From the IMG/VR virus record IMGVR_UViG_3300005260_000001, positions 1 to 44,560 of that record: DNA of 44,560 nucleotides. The stretch is one strand, 5' to 3'. The notes beneath the pieces were generated by a model, which saw only the letters and a list, made by a program, of their open reading frames with translations, was not told where the DNA came from and ran no database searches. The stretch comes from a virus. Below, one piece after another: positions 30,714 to 41,170 of the stretch. Both the position numbers and the translations under genes were made by a program. Within the stretch, counting starts at the first letter, position 1, and every line of letters starts with the position of its first letter.

Positions 30714-31366
30714 CCACTTCGGGGACTACAGCGTGGTCGATGAGCGCGCTGGCAATCGTCCAGCAGGCCTTGCGTGAAAACTCGATCATCACGCTCGACG
30801 AAACGCCTACAACCGATGAAATTGCAGCCTGCCTCGTTTGCCTCAACGGCATTCTGCGGAGCTGGATACCTGCATCGTGGCTTGGTTCGACAGCGACGAT
30901 AACCGTTCCCGCCAATGCTGCCTCCGGGGCATTGCCTGCGGAACTGGATGAAATCCTTTCCGTCCGAATGGTGCAAAGTTCGACCTATGAACGCCCACTC
31001 AACCGTTGGGGTCGGAGCGAATACCTGGAGATGCCGAACAAGCTCCAGACCGGCGATCCGATTTCCTATTACGTGGACAACCAGCGCGATTCCATCATCA
31101 TGTACGTCTGGCCGGTTCCGACCAGCGATACGACGCTCAAGGTCGAATACCTGCGCTTTCCCGAGATCATCACGGACTCCGCGCAAACTGTTGATTTTCC
31201 GCAGAAATACAACGAATTGCTGTTTGTCTCGCTGGCGATGCGGTGTGCCGGGATTTTCGGACGCCAGCCCACGCCGGAATTGGTTGCCAGGGCTTCCCTG
31301 CTTCAACGCCAGTTCGAGGACGGCGAGCGCCCGGAAACCTACATCATCGAAACAGGGCTTGATTGA
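30710..31366 (+). CDS. Head-tail adaptor-like structural protein
   Basis: ATGA coupling. W.RSEYLEMPNK..GDPISYYVD....IMYVWPVP is a motif seen in podovirus adaptor or tail-tubular-A-like proteins (from memory). Confidence 0.45.
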   Translation: MTTSGTTAWSMSALAIVQQALRENSIITLDETPTTDEIAACLVCLNGILRSWIPASWLGSTATITVPANAASGALPAELDEILSVRMVQSSTYERPLNRWGRSEYLEMPNKLQTGDPISYYVDNQRDSIIMYVWPVPTSDTTLKVEYLRFPEIITDSAQTVDFPQKYNELLFVSLAMRCAGIFGRQPTPELVARASLLQRQFEDGERPETYIIETGLD

Positions 31367-32793
31367 TGCCAGCCTTGGGTTTGCCGACCGGCACCGAGGA
31401 GCGATCCTACGGTGGCCTACCCAAGCTGCCGATCGTCAATCTGGTCTCCGAAAAAGCGATTACCGAGCCAAGCCAGATCGTTCTGCAATCCCGACCAAGG
31501 CTGCAACGATACCTTTCCTCGGCATTGGGTGCGGCAACTGCGATCCGTGCGCTATTTTATACCGAAACCGCTTCATTGGGCACGTTTTTTGCCGTCTATG
31601 GATCGACGTTCCGCCAACAATCAGGGGGAACGACTGCGACGCTGACCGATGGCGGCGTGGTCCCGTCGATCGCAGGGAATGAAATAGGTGTGGTCGCCAC
31701 GATGGGGGCCGGGGCCAAGTGGTGGAACGGGTCGGCCTTCAAGTCGATCAGCTTTCCCGACAGCGCCAATGTAACGAAGGTTCTGCAATCGCAGGGACGG
31801 TTCATATTCATTCGCGCCGACAGTGAGCGGTACTATGTGACCGAGCCGCTATCGAACATGATAAATGGTTCCGGAGACATGGTGATCGACGGCGCGGCCT
31901 ATGTCAGCGCCGAGAATGATGCCGATTTGTTGGTTGACGGGGTAATCTGGCAGGATCGTATCGTTTTGGGCGGCACCAGCACGGTGGAGATTCACGGGCC
32001 GTCCGGCGACGACAACGCACCTTGGCAGCCGATCCTCGGCAGCACGATCCATAAAGGGGTTTTCCGCACTGGCTGCATGGCCGCGTTCGACAATACCTTT
32101 GTCTGGCTTTCGCCGGATCGGGTAATCTGGCGCTACAACGGTTCTTCGCAGCCCGACCGAATCAGCAATGCCGGGATCGAGGAGGCGTTGAAGTTCGCCG
32201 ATTCCCCTCGGCTCGACAGCTTCTTCCTGGAAGGCCGGGAATTTCTCCATGTCTGGAACGAGGACGGCGGATTTACGATCCTTAACGGGGACCTCCTGCT
32301 CGACGCTTCGACTGGCGAATGGTGCGAATGGGAAACGAATGGTGGGCCGCTGGATGCAGGACCCGCGATCAGCATTGGCGAGAGTTACCCGCTGTTCGGA
32401 GCAAAGACCGACAGCCGTATTCTCGGAATGAGTTCGCGTAGCACGTTGCCGGGCGGGTCATGGGAAACGGCGGTTGAACATCGGTTTACGGCGGGAATGG
32501 CGATCGACGGCGGATCGGTGGCGTTCGCCAATCTGCTGCTGCGCTGTCAGACCTATAACGGCGCGGGAAGCCAGACAGTTTCGATGCGCTACAGCCGCGG
32601 CAAGGGTTCAACCTGGTCCGCTTGGAAAGACCGCTCGCTGGTAGGATCGAGCATTCGCAACAAGATCGAATGGCGACAACTCGGATTGATGGATAATCCC
32701 GGCTTTCTTGCCCAGTTCCGCACCGCGAACTGCACCGAGTTTTCCGTCTCTGGGGCCTATTACAACGAGTTCGTACAGGGCCGCAGCAGATGA
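31366..32793 (+). CDS. Tail nozzle / tail-tubular-B-like structural protein
   Basis: 475 aa and beta-rich, located after the adaptor candidate. An alternative TTG start lies at 31363. Confidence 0.45.
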   Translation: MPALGLPTGTEERSYGGLPKLPIVNLVSEKAITEPSQIVLQSRPRLQRYLSSALGAATAIRALFYTETASLGTFFAVYGSTFRQQSGGTTATLTDGGVVPSIAGNEIGVVATMGAGAKWWNGSAFKSISFPDSANVTKVLQSQGRFIFIRADSERYYVTEPLSNMINGSGDMVIDGAAYVSAENDADLLVDGVIWQDRIVLGGTSTVEIHGPSGDDNAPWQPILGSTIHKGVFRTGCMAAFDNTFVWLSPDRVIWRYNGSSQPDRISNAGIEEALKFADSPRLDSFFLEGREFLHVWNEDGGFTILNGDLLLDASTGEWCEWETNGGPLDAGPAISIGESYPLFGAKTDSRILGMSSRSTLPGGSWETAVEHRFTAGMAIDGGSVAFANLLLRCQTYNGAGSQTVSMRYSRGKGSTWSAWKDRSLVGSSIRNKIEWRQLGLMDNPGFLAQFRTANCTEFSVSGAYYNEFVQGRSR

Positions 32794-33080
32794 CCAAGCG
32801 CAGCTCGCTTGTGTCGCTCGGAGAGAAGATCGTCGATGCATCCGGTGGCGCGCTGCTCAATCTGGTGGAGAAGTTTCAGGCCCTATCAAGGCCCGATCCA
32901 ACGACTGTCGGCAGTTTGCCCGCAAGCGGCCGGATCGGCGAAACCCGCTATTGCACGGACCTCAGGGTATTCAACGGAACCGGGACAAGGGAAACTGCCG
33001 GGAATGGAACCGGGGGTAGCGTCGAATGGAACGGCGCTCACTGGGTCATTACCGGGACCAACGTGACGGCGGCTGCGTGA
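32790..33080 (+). CDS. Hypothetical structural protein (96 aa)
   Basis: ATGA coupling. Confidence 0.45.
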   Translation: MTKRSSLVSLGEKIVDASGGALLNLVEKFQALSRPDPTTVGSLPASGRIGETRYCTDLRVFNGTGTRETAGNGTGGSVEWNGAHWVITGTNVTAAA

Positions 33081-33508
33081 GATCGTTCAATGGGGTGCGG
33101 CTCAATTACTTGGTGAACCATCCTTCGATCCGGCCCTTCGCTGGCGGGGATGGCAAGAGTTGGATCGAGCTTTCCTCACAAGCTGAAGACCCAAGCAATC
33201 ATTTCCTCAATGGAGAGCACGGGGGCCTTTTCTTTCACTGGCAGGCCCCGGATACCTACGAGGTGCATATTTTCGTCCTGCCAGAAGGCAGGGGAACATG
33301 GGCCTACCGATTGGCGGAATACGGCCTGCAATACATGATTTCGGCAGGTGCAATTCACCTCTGGGCACGGCTCCCGGCAGAAGCACGACATTCGCAGATT
33401 TTCACGCTTCGGGCGGGCTTCAGGCCGCGCGGAGAAAAGACGTTCGACCTTGGTGGCGGCCCGGTTCGCTACCGGCTTTACGACTGGAGAAAAGAATGCC
33501 CCCAGTAG
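33077..33508 (+). CDS. Hypothetical protein, possibly GNAT-like fold (143 aa)
   Basis: GTG start in a GTGA overlap. Contains YEVHIFVLPEGRGTWAY. Confidence 0.4.
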   Translation: MRSFNGVRLNYLVNHPSIRPFAGGDGKSWIELSSQAEDPSNHFLNGEHGGLFFHWQAPDTYEVHIFVLPEGRGTWAYRLAEYGLQYMISAGAIHLWARLPAEARHSQIFTLRAGFRPRGEKTFDLGGGPVRYRLYDWRKECPQ

Positions 33509-34758
33509 CAATTGCTGTTGGCGCTGCCGGCCTGCTCGGTGCGGGCGCGTCGATTGTCGCAGGAAGCCAGAACGCCAAGGCGATCAACAAATCGACCGAC
33601 GCCAATCTTGAGGCTCAGCGGGAAGCCATCGCCGCCCAAACCGCAACGGTGGACAAGCAGATTGCGGCTTCCACCGACGCGCTCAACAAGCAGCTCGGTT
33701 ATTCGACCGACACGTTCAACAGCTCGGGACAACTCCAGACCGACGTTCGCAATCAGAACATCAACATCCTCAATCCGCTGGCGCAAACCGGCTATTCGGC
33801 GATGAACAAGATCAACTCGCTGGTGGGCCTCCCCCAACAGGCAGCCTACACGCCAACGCCGATCACGTTCACGCCCGTAACCGCGCCAACGACCACTCCG
33901 ACGCCTACGCCAACTCCCGCGCCCGGCTCGGCACCTTTGACGAGCAATGTGTTGATCCCCGCTTACGCCAAAGGAACGCCGCCATGGGGCCATCCCGGCG
34001 GCCCTGCGCTGGTCGGTGAAAACGGGCCTGAAGTGGTCAACCTTCCCGCTGGTTCAAGTGTCATTCCGAACAACGTTCTTCAGCGCCATGGCTGGGGCAG
34101 TGGGAACGTGTTTTCCAACGACAATCCTGCCGCGCACCCGACCCCTACGCCGACGCCAACAGCGACAACTTCTGCTACCAGCGTCCTGTCGCCACAGGAT
34201 CAGGCGCTCAATTCGTTCTACAACACGCAGTTCTATCAGTTCCCGCTCCAGCAGGGCCTCAACGCGCTCAACTCCAGCTATGCAGCGCGCGGGCTGCTAC
34301 AGAGCGGCGCGGCCCAGAAATCGCTCGAACAGTATGCCTCCGGTGTCGCTTCGGGCGCGTTCGGCGATTACCTGCAAGTGCTTGGCAACCAGCAGAGCCT
34401 AGGGGCCAACGCGGCGTCCGCCGAAACGGGCATCGGTAGCAATTACGCCAACGGACTTTCCGGACTAGGGCAGAATCTGGCGGGCAATATCTCGAACGCC
34501 TACGGCAATTACGGGAACGCCCTTTCCAACGCTTACGGCAACCTGGGCAATGCTCAAGCCGGATATGCCCAGAACGTCGGCAACATCAACTCGAACTCGG
34601 TCCTCGCTCATGCAGGGAACACCGGACAGGTAATCAGCGGCGTCGGCAACGCGCTCGGGAGCGCGGCCGGGTATTTCGCCTATCAGCCGATGTGGGGCAC
34701 GGCAGCCAACTCCAATTCCAGCGCGCCCGCTGGTTTTTGGGACGCCTTGGGCTCGTAA
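33496..34758 (+). CDS. Internal virion / ejection protein with PT linkers and Gly/Asn-rich tail
   Basis: GGAGA RBS. N-terminal TM helix, a LVGENGPEVVNLPAGSSVIPN motif and PTPTPTP linkers. Confidence 0.5.
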   Translation: MPPVAIAVGAAGLLGAGASIVAGSQNAKAINKSTDANLEAQREAIAAQTATVDKQIAASTDALNKQLGYSTDTFNSSGQLQTDVRNQNINILNPLAQTGYSAMNKINSLVGLPQQAAYTPTPITFTPVTAPTTTPTPTPTPAPGSAPLTSNVLIPAYAKGTPPWGHPGGPALVGENGPEVVNLPAGSSVIPNNVLQRHGWGSGNVFSNDNPAAHPTPTPTPTATTSATSVLSPQDQALNSFYNTQFYQFPLQQGLNALNSSYAARGLLQSGAAQKSLEQYASGVASGAFGDYLQVLGNQQSLGANAASAETGIGSNYANGLSGLGQNLAGNISNAYGNYGNALSNAYGNLGNAQAGYAQNVGNINSNSVLAHAGNTGQVISGVGNALGSAAGYFAYQPMWGTAANSNSSAPAGFWDALGS

Positions 34759-34769
34759 GGGGAAACCGC

Positions 34770-35585
34770 ATGCCAGATTACAGCGTCCTCGCCAATCCTT
34801 CTGCGGTCGGCGCTCAGGTGTCGCAGAACTTCCTTGCCGGGATGGAATACGCCCGCCAGGCCAAGACAAGACAGGCGTTCGTGAATTACCTGCGCGACCC
34901 GAGCGAGCAGAACGTCAACGGGGTCGCGGTGAATGATCCAGAGCTTGGAATGCAGCTCATGGACCGCGAGGCGCAGCGCAAGCAGATGCTTCTGGCCAAG
35001 ACCCAGCAACTTCAGGCCCAACAGGTCAGGGAAAGGGCAGCCGCCGGCGATCCGCAAGCCACTGCACAACTCGCCGGGATCGATTTCGACGCATGGACCA
35101 AGCTCGACGCTCACCAGAAAGCGGCGGTCAAGGACAGCAACGATTATATCGGGCAGGCTGCATTGCAGATTTCGCAGCTTCCCGAAGCCCAGCGACCGGC
35201 GGCATGGGATGCAGCGATCGATCAGGGCACCCAGATGGGCTTTGACCAGCTCGCGCAGTACAAGGGCCGCTACTCGCCCGACGCCTTGAACGCGGTTCTC
35301 GCGCACGCGGGCCAGATGAAACAATTTCTCGACCTGACACGACCACAATACATGACGGTCCCGGAAGGCGGAATGCTGGTCAACACCCGCGATCCCGCCG
35401 CACTTCAGCAGACCCAGCAAGGCATTCCACCGGAAGCAATCGACGCACTCAAGAAGGGCGAAGGAACGCCGGAACAGTTCGACGCGCTGTTTGGCAGCGG
35501 CGCGGCGGCCAAGGTCATGGGAGGCGCCAGCGGCAACGCTGGCGGCGGCTTTCCAAACATTGCCAGCTATTACGGCCAGCACTGA
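34770..35585 (+). CDS. Internal virion protein, hypothetical (271 aa)
   Basis: AGGGGAA RBS. Gln-rich with a Gly-rich C-terminus. Confidence 0.5.
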   Translation: MPDYSVLANPSAVGAQVSQNFLAGMEYARQAKTRQAFVNYLRDPSEQNVNGVAVNDPELGMQLMDREAQRKQMLLAKTQQLQAQQVRERAAAGDPQATAQLAGIDFDAWTKLDAHQKAAVKDSNDYIGQAALQISQLPEAQRPAAWDAAIDQGTQMGFDQLAQYKGRYSPDALNAVLAHAGQMKQFLDLTRPQYMTVPEGGMLVNTRDPAALQQTQQGIPPEAIDALKKGEGTPEQFDALFGSGAAAKVMGGASGNAGGGFPNIASYYGQH

Positions 35586-35925
35586 AAGCGGCAATCGGGA
35601 CTACGTCAACGGCAATCCGGTGCGTTCTCCGAAGGGCGCGATGTACGCGATGCAGGTCATGCCTGCCACTGCAAGCGACCCAGGCTTCGGCGTAAAGCCC
35701 GCTCAGAGCCAAACGCCCGCCGAGTACAACCGAGTAGGCCGGGATTATCTCGACGCGCTCAGAGGCCGCTACAAAGGCGATCTGGCGGCAATGTGGGGTG
35801 CTTACAACTGGGGCGCGGGCAATGTCGATCAGGCGATTGCGAAATATGGGCGCGACTGGTGGCGACATGCGCCTGCCGAAACCCAAAACTACATTGAGCG
35901 GAACCTGTCCGCAATGGGGAGATAG
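35560..35925 (+). CDS. Soluble lytic transglycosylase (SLT) domain protein (start uncertain)
   Basis: TESGNR...SPKGAMYAMQVMPATA...AYNWGAGNV is the SLT signature with catalytic Glu. The ORF is open from 35491, in the +1 frame relative to the upstream gene. TTG at 35560 is the nearest plausible start. Confidence 0.6.
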   Translation: MPAITASTESGNRDYVNGNPVRSPKGAMYAMQVMPATASDPGFGVKPAQSQTPAEYNRVGRDYLDALRGRYKGDLAAMWGAYNWGAGNVDQAIAKYGRDWWRHAPAETQNYIERNLSAMGR

Positions 35926-35927
35926 CG

Positions 35928-36833
35928 ATGGCAGATAACCCGTTTGCGAAATATCTCCCTGCCGCCACCCCGCCTTCCGCGCCCGGTGTGATCTATGGCA
36001 GGCCCAAGGCCCCCGCTATCCCGAGTGGATATGAAACCAATCCCGCAGGCGGTGTTCGTCCGATCAAAGGTGGTCCCGCCGATCCGAACGCCAATCTGGT
36101 CGGAACGCCCGGAGACACGACCAAAACTGGCGAGGATTACCTAAAAACGCTTCCATTAGGCCTCGCGGGGCAGGTGAGGGCTCTTTCCGAAGGGCGCAGA
36201 GCGTTCCCGACCGGCACCGCTTTGAAGGATCCCAAGGTGCAGGAACTGATTGCGGCCGCTACCCAGTTCGACCCCGCTCTTGACGCATCGAATGCAGCAA
36301 CTCGCGTAGCCACACGCAAGGATTTCACGTCTGGTGCGACATCGAAGAATATCACTTCGATCAACACCGCTTTGGGCCACTTGGGCACCCTGAAGGACGC
36401 GGCGGACAATCTTCACAACCGCGCGTTTCCTTTGTGGAATACCGTTGCCAACGCGGCCGAAACGGCAAGCGGCGATTCCAGGGTGAAGACCTTTAACATT
36501 GCCCGCGATGCCGTGGCCAACGAACTCATGCGCGTGTTCCGTGGCACTGGAGGTTCACTGGCTGAAATCGAGGAATGGAAAAACAATATCGAATCGTCCG
36601 ACAGCCCTGAGCAGTTGCAGGGCGAAATCTCGAAGGCAGTCGATCTGCTCAATTCCCGCCTTGAAGCCGTTGGCGATCAATATTCGCGCGGCATGGGGCG
36701 TTCCGCCGATCCGATGAGCTTTCTTACGCCGCATGCGCGGGCCGTTTACGAACGACTCTCGGGCGGTACTGACAAGCCCGCGCCGGCCAGCAACATCATC
36801 CGCTACGATGCGAACGGGAATCGCCTGAAATGA
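35928..36833 (+). CDS. Internal virion protein, hypothetical (301 aa)
   Basis: GGGGAGA RBS. Confidence 0.5.
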   Translation: MADNPFAKYLPAATPPSAPGVIYGRPKAPAIPSGYETNPAGGVRPIKGGPADPNANLVGTPGDTTKTGEDYLKTLPLGLAGQVRALSEGRRAFPTGTALKDPKVQELIAAATQFDPALDASNAATRVATRKDFTSGATSKNITSINTALGHLGTLKDAADNLHNRAFPLWNTVANAAETASGDSRVKTFNIARDAVANELMRVFRGTGGSLAEIEEWKNNIESSDSPEQLQGEISKAVDLLNSRLEAVGDQYSRGMGRSADPMSFLTPHARAVYERLSGGTDKPAPASNIIRYDANGNRLK

Positions 36834-38701
36834 GCAGGCAGGCCCATCTTCCGGACGGCACGATCCTTGAGTTTCCTGACGGCACGCCGGACGCCGTCAT
36901 GGACAAAGCCGTCAAAGAGCACTTGGGACAGGCATCAGCCAAACCCGTGGCGAAAGCGCCCCCGCCAAAATCGTTCGGAGAAAGCCTTTGGGATGCGACC
37001 AAAGGTGTCGGCGGCTCAATTCTTGAAGGCGTTGGACAGGTTGCTGATTTTCTCTCCGATCCGAACCTGGTTGGAGCGGCCGCACAACTAACCCCCGCAG
37101 GGTCGCTGGTCGCGCCCCTTGCTCAAAAGGGAGCGCGGGCCTTGAACCGCAGCGGGCTGACGGGCCATGCCGCAGAATCGGTCGCGAATGCCATCCCCGA
37201 GACTAAGCAACTGGCGGGTCCTGTCCGGTTCGCAGGAAATATGATTGGCGGAGCGCTTCTCCCGGTCCCGGAAGCGCGTGTAGCCGATGTTCCAAAGAAC
37301 GTTCTCGCTCCGGCCAAGCCCGCTGCGAGCGAGGTAGCCCAGGCGGCTCAGCGCCAAGGGGTCGATTTGATCCCCGCCGACGCCCGGGGCGAAACCATTA
37401 AGCGGCTGACCAGCGCGGCCAAAGCCTCGCCGCTGTCCGCTGCACCCGTAGTCAAGGCGGCAAGAGCCTCTCAGCAGCAGCTCGGAGACGCGGCGGCGAG
37501 GATCGCGAGCAGTCAAGGCACAGCGGTAACGACCGATGCGGCGGGACAAGCGATCCGCCAAGGTGCCGAGCGCTATAGCCGCCAGACCGCGACGACGTTG
37601 AGCAGGCTTTACGACAAGGCGAACCAGCTCGCCGGCGACATCAAGATCATCCCGCAACAGACTATGGCCAAGCTCGACGAGCGGATTGCGAGGCTTCAGA
37701 ACGACCCCTCTGCACCTGAAGGCGCGGCTCAGGAATTGATCCGGTTTCGCGACAACATTTCCAAGGGCGTAGATGTTCAAGGACTTCGGGATGCTCGCAC
37801 GCGGCTATCGCAAGGCGTGTATGACGGGAAGCTTCGTTCCAGCTCCGACACGGCGATGTGGAAGGACATTCTGGGCAACCTTTCGGACGATATCTCCAAC
37901 GGCTTGACACAGGCTGGTAAGGGTCAGGCGGCGCGGGCGTTCAATGTCGCTGACAAAGGCTGGGCGGCCCGAGCCGAGCATATTGACGAAGTGCTACAAC
38001 CTATTCTCGGGAAGGGCCGGAGCGGCGAGGATATCGTCGGCTCGATTGAAAGCATGGCGCGCGGCAGTTCCGGGGGAAATGCCCGGTTGTCTCGGTTGCT
38101 GGCCAACATGACACCTGAGGAATCCGGCAACGTCCGTTCGGTCATTATCGACCGCATGGGCAAAGCGACTGCCGGAAACCAAACCGCTGCGGGCGATGTG
38201 TTTTCACCATCGACGTTCCTGACCAACTGGAACAAGATGACCCCACAGGCGAAGGCGTCACTGTTCAACGATACGCAACTGCGTAGCGATTTGAATGACG
38301 TGGCGTTGTTGGCGGAAAAGATGAAGGCCAGCCAGGCGCTGTCGAACTTCTCGAACACGGGCGTTGCCTTGGTCGGAAACGTCGGCGCGATGTCGGCGCT
38401 GGCGGTGAACCATCCCGTGGCCGCCTTGCTGGGCGCGGGTAGCCAATATCTAACCGGCCGAGCGCTTGCATCTCCCGGTGTAGCACGCCTGTTGGTCAAC
38501 GCAGGGAAACTTCCCGCCGAAAGGCAGACCGCGTTTCTTCTGCCGCGCCTAAAGCGATTGGCTACGAAGGCCAGTCCAGCGGCAGCGCAGGATCTGAAGC
38601 AAACCATGCAATCGCTGGTTTCTGCCGCGAACGACAATGTCGGGGCGGCCGCTCTAGGGCAGACACCCGAAGAGCAACAGCGCGATCAGACCGCGCCTTA
38701 G
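36830..38701 (+). CDS. Large internal virion / ejection protein (623 aa)
   Basis: ATGA coupling. Largest ORF of the tail module and Ala-rich. Confidence 0.5.
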   Translation: MSRQAHLPDGTILEFPDGTPDAVMDKAVKEHLGQASAKPVAKAPPPKSFGESLWDATKGVGGSILEGVGQVADFLSDPNLVGAAAQLTPAGSLVAPLAQKGARALNRSGLTGHAAESVANAIPETKQLAGPVRFAGNMIGGALLPVPEARVADVPKNVLAPAKPAASEVAQAAQRQGVDLIPADARGETIKRLTSAAKASPLSAAPVVKAARASQQQLGDAAARIASSQGTAVTTDAAGQAIRQGAERYSRQTATTLSRLYDKANQLAGDIKIIPQQTMAKLDERIARLQNDPSAPEGAAQELIRFRDNISKGVDVQGLRDARTRLSQGVYDGKLRSSSDTAMWKDILGNLSDDISNGLTQAGKGQAARAFNVADKGWAARAEHIDEVLQPILGKGRSGEDIVGSIESMARGSSGGNARLSRLLANMTPEESGNVRSVIIDRMGKATAGNQTAAGDVFSPSTFLTNWNKMTPQAKASLFNDTQLRSDLNDVALLAEKMKASQALSNFSNTGVALVGNVGAMSALAVNHPVAALLGAGSQYLTGRALASPGVARLLVNAGKLPAERQTAFLLPRLKRLATKASPAAAQDLKQTMQSLVSAANDNVGAAALGQTPEEQQRDQTAP

Positions 38702-38787
38702 CCAAACCGGCGAAACATACCGGGCGATCAGCACGCCCAGCAACACAGCCTGCCACACTTTCATCCGTATTTAGGAGGTAGCATTCT

Positions 38788-39468
38788 ATGCCTACTGTCA
38801 AGGCCCAGCGCGCGTCGCAAGAGCCGCAGCCGATTGCATGGGGAGCGGACGGCGCAACGCCACTGCCGGTTTCCGCCGCCAATCCTTTGCCTGTCTCCAG
38901 CACTGCTGGCGGCGCTGCGGTTTCTTCGACCAATCCCGAGCCGGTCTATTCCCCCGGCGGCTTCTTCACCGTCTCGGCCAACTTCACTCGCCCAGCGGAT
39001 ACGACTGCCTACGCTCAATATGACCGCGTAGCGGATTCGACCAGTGCGGCAACGGTGCTTGAGTTCACCAACGTAGCAAGGGCCACGGGTGAGGCTGTCC
39101 GTGTCGAGCGCATCCGCCTTCGCAAGACCGGCACGTCACTGACCAACGCGCAGTTCCGCGTCCATCTGTTCCGCACCTTACCCACCGTCTCGGCGAACGA
39201 CAACGCGGCTTTCAGTACGGGCGGTTCGGTTCTGGCCGTTGCCGATATCGCTGGCTACGTCGGCACGATCGATATCACGATGGACAAGTCCGGCACTGTC
39301 GGAGCGAGGGGTGTTGGCGTCCCTACGGCGGGCACAGGGATCACCTGTGAAGCCGCCGGTACATCTGGCCATGAAACCAGCCTGTGGTGCGTGATCGAGG
39401 CTCTGGCAGCTTATACGCCTATCTCCGGGGAGGTGTTCACCGTCACTCTGGAAGCGGCGAAGAGCTGA
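38788..39468 (+). CDS. Tail fibre / receptor-binding protein candidate
   Basis: TAGGAGG RBS. Beta-rich, at the distal end of the structural operon. Confidence 0.45.
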   Translation: MPTVKAQRASQEPQPIAWGADGATPLPVSAANPLPVSSTAGGAAVSSTNPEPVYSPGGFFTVSANFTRPADTTAYAQYDRVADSTSAATVLEFTNVARATGEAVRVERIRLRKTGTSLTNAQFRVHLFRTLPTVSANDNAAFSTGGSVLAVADIAGYVGTIDITMDKSGTVGARGVGVPTAGTGITCEAAGTSGHETSLWCVIEALAAYTPISGEVFTVTLEAAKS

Positions 39469-40256
39469 TGCAAGCCGCTGTCAGGATGGCGATCCTGTCG
39501 GGAAAGCCCTTCAACCCCGCCTCGCTGTTCGCGAACGGCGAAAAGGGCTTCTTTTACGACTTCCAGAACACCGCAACGCTGTTCTCCGATACGTCCCTGA
39601 CTACCCCTGCAACCAGCGCGATTGCAGGCGTGAAGGATTTGTCACCAAACGGGGTCAACGCAACTCAGGCGACCAGCACCAGACAGCCGACGATCAACAG
39701 CTTTTCCGGCCACGCGGCCGCGCTGTTCGACGGGCTGGACGATAACTGGTCAACTGGATCGATCGATTTCAGCGGGAGCGATAAGCTCAGCATTTTCGCG
39801 GTGGCGCGTAAGACAAGTGATGCAGCAACGGGCGTGTTCGCTGAGCTAAGCGTGAATTTCAATTCCAATGCCGGATCGTTCGGGTTCTTTACTCATGATA
39901 CCTCTTCTCGTGAATGGGAATGCGGCGCGCGGGGATCGGCTGCAGTCGCTAATGGGCAGTATGCCTATGACACCACTGTGTCTCCTGACACGGCGGTTCT
40001 AACGGTCACGCACGACATTGCTGGTGACCTTTCAACCCTTCGTCGGAACGGTGTCGCTGGAACCAACGGGACCGCCGATAAGGGTTCGGGAAACTTCGGC
40101 AACTACCCGATGTACATCGGCCGCCGTGGCGGCACGACGGCCCCCTACACGGGCTACGTTGTTGCCCTGCTTGTGATCGGCAGGCTCTTCACTGCGACGG
40201 AAATCACCAACCTGGAAAAATGGGGCGCTGCCAAATGCGGCGTTGCCCTGCCGTAA
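39468..40256 (+). CDS. LamG / concanavalin-like tail fibre protein candidate
   Basis: TGATG coupling. LFDGLDDNW...YIGRRGG...YTGYVVALLVIGRLFTATEITNLEKW is a LamG-like pattern. Confidence 0.45.
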   Translation: MQAAVRMAILSGKPFNPASLFANGEKGFFYDFQNTATLFSDTSLTTPATSAIAGVKDLSPNGVNATQATSTRQPTINSFSGHAAALFDGLDDNWSTGSIDFSGSDKLSIFAVARKTSDAATGVFAELSVNFNSNAGSFGFFTHDTSSREWECGARGSAAVANGQYAYDTTVSPDTAVLTVTHDIAGDLSTLRRNGVAGTNGTADKGSGNFGNYPMYIGRRGGTTAPYTGYVVALLVIGRLFTATEITNLEKWGAAKCGVALP

Positions 40257-40268
40257 GGAGGAATTGAT

Positions 40269-40670
40269 ATGGCATATGTTGCTTCGTGCCTTCTAGTGAA
40301 GGTCGCATCCGCCGCCGTGATCGACGCGGTGTTCGACAAGGTGTTCAACCAAGGCCCCGGCACTTTCGTTGGTGGCATTCCCTTATCGGGCGACGGCAGC
40401 GAACCGGCGACCTATGCCGCCGCTTATTACGCCGCAGCCGACGAAACGATGGCCTTCGTCTGGCAGCAGATGGCCAACGGAACTCTTCCCGCTGCCGATG
40501 CCTATGTCGAGGGTTTGGAATGGGGCGTTGACGGCGTGCCGAGCGAGCAGGACGTGCTGGACGCGGTGGCCGACAAGGGGATGATCGTGGACAATAAGGC
40601 CAACGGCACGAGTAGCCTCGCGCACTTCAACGCCGTGATCACGAGCGAAAATCTGATGCAGGTTTCCTGA
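40269..40670 (+). CDS. Hypothetical protein (133 aa)
   Basis: AAGGAGG RBS. Confidence 0.5.
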   Translation: MAYVASCLLVKVASAAVIDAVFDKVFNQGPGTFVGGIPLSGDGSEPATYAAAYYAAADETMAFVWQQMANGTLPAADAYVEGLEWGVDGVPSEQDVLDAVADKGMIVDNKANGTSSLAHFNAVITSENLMQVS

Positions 40671-40671
40671 G

Positions 40672-41124
40672 CTACATCGGGCGGGCAGGATTCCCCGCCC
40701 AAGTCTCCCCGTCTGGCACGTCTTTGGTGACCACCGCACCCGCACCGATCATCGCGCGCTCGCCGATGGTCACACCCGGCAGGATGATCGCTCCCGCGCC
40801 GATGCTCGCGCCGCGTTTGACCAGCGTCTGCGGCCAGTGATCGGGATAGACTTTCGAGCGGGGATATTTGTCGTTCGTGAAGGTCGCGTTGGGGCCGCAG
40901 AACACGTCGTCCTCAAGCGTGATGCCGCTCCAGACGAACACTCCCGACTTGAGGGTCACGCGGTCGCCGATGACCGCACCGCCTTCGACGAGGGTGTGCG
41001 CGTTAAGATTGCAGTCGCTGCCGATTTTCGCACCGGCCAGCACGACCGACCACTGCCAGACCGTGGTTCCGTCTCCGATCTGATCGGATTGAACGTCGGC
41101 GAGCGGGTGAATCTTTGCGGGCAT
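40672..41124 (-). CDS. Left-handed beta-helix sugar N-acetyltransferase (QdtC/FdtC/WxcM-C-like)
   Basis: [31 protein letters not shown]...[17 protein letters not shown]...[33 protein letters not shown]...GNPAR is colinear with dTDP-3-amino-3,6-dideoxy-sugar acetyltransferases. Confidence 0.75.
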   Translation of the reverse strand: MPAKIHPLADVQSDQIGDGTTVWQWSVVLAGAKIGSDCNLNAHTLVEGGAVIGDRVTLKSGVFVWSGITLEDDVFCGPNATFTNDKYPRSKVYPDHWPQTLVKRGASIGAGAIILPGVTIGERAMIGAGAVVTKDVPDGETWAGNPARPM

Positions 41125-41170
41125 CGCGCCCGTCTATTGCAGTTCCAGCCTCTCAACAAGGAGAAGTAAA

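Noticed and set aside
33880-34170. Apparent DNA similarity between the PT-linker regions of gene 33496..34758 and the PT micro-ORF at 41171..41266
   Set aside because: This is low-complexity ACNCCN codon repeats. The similarity follows from encoding Pro/Thr runs and is not a genuine dispersed repeat.
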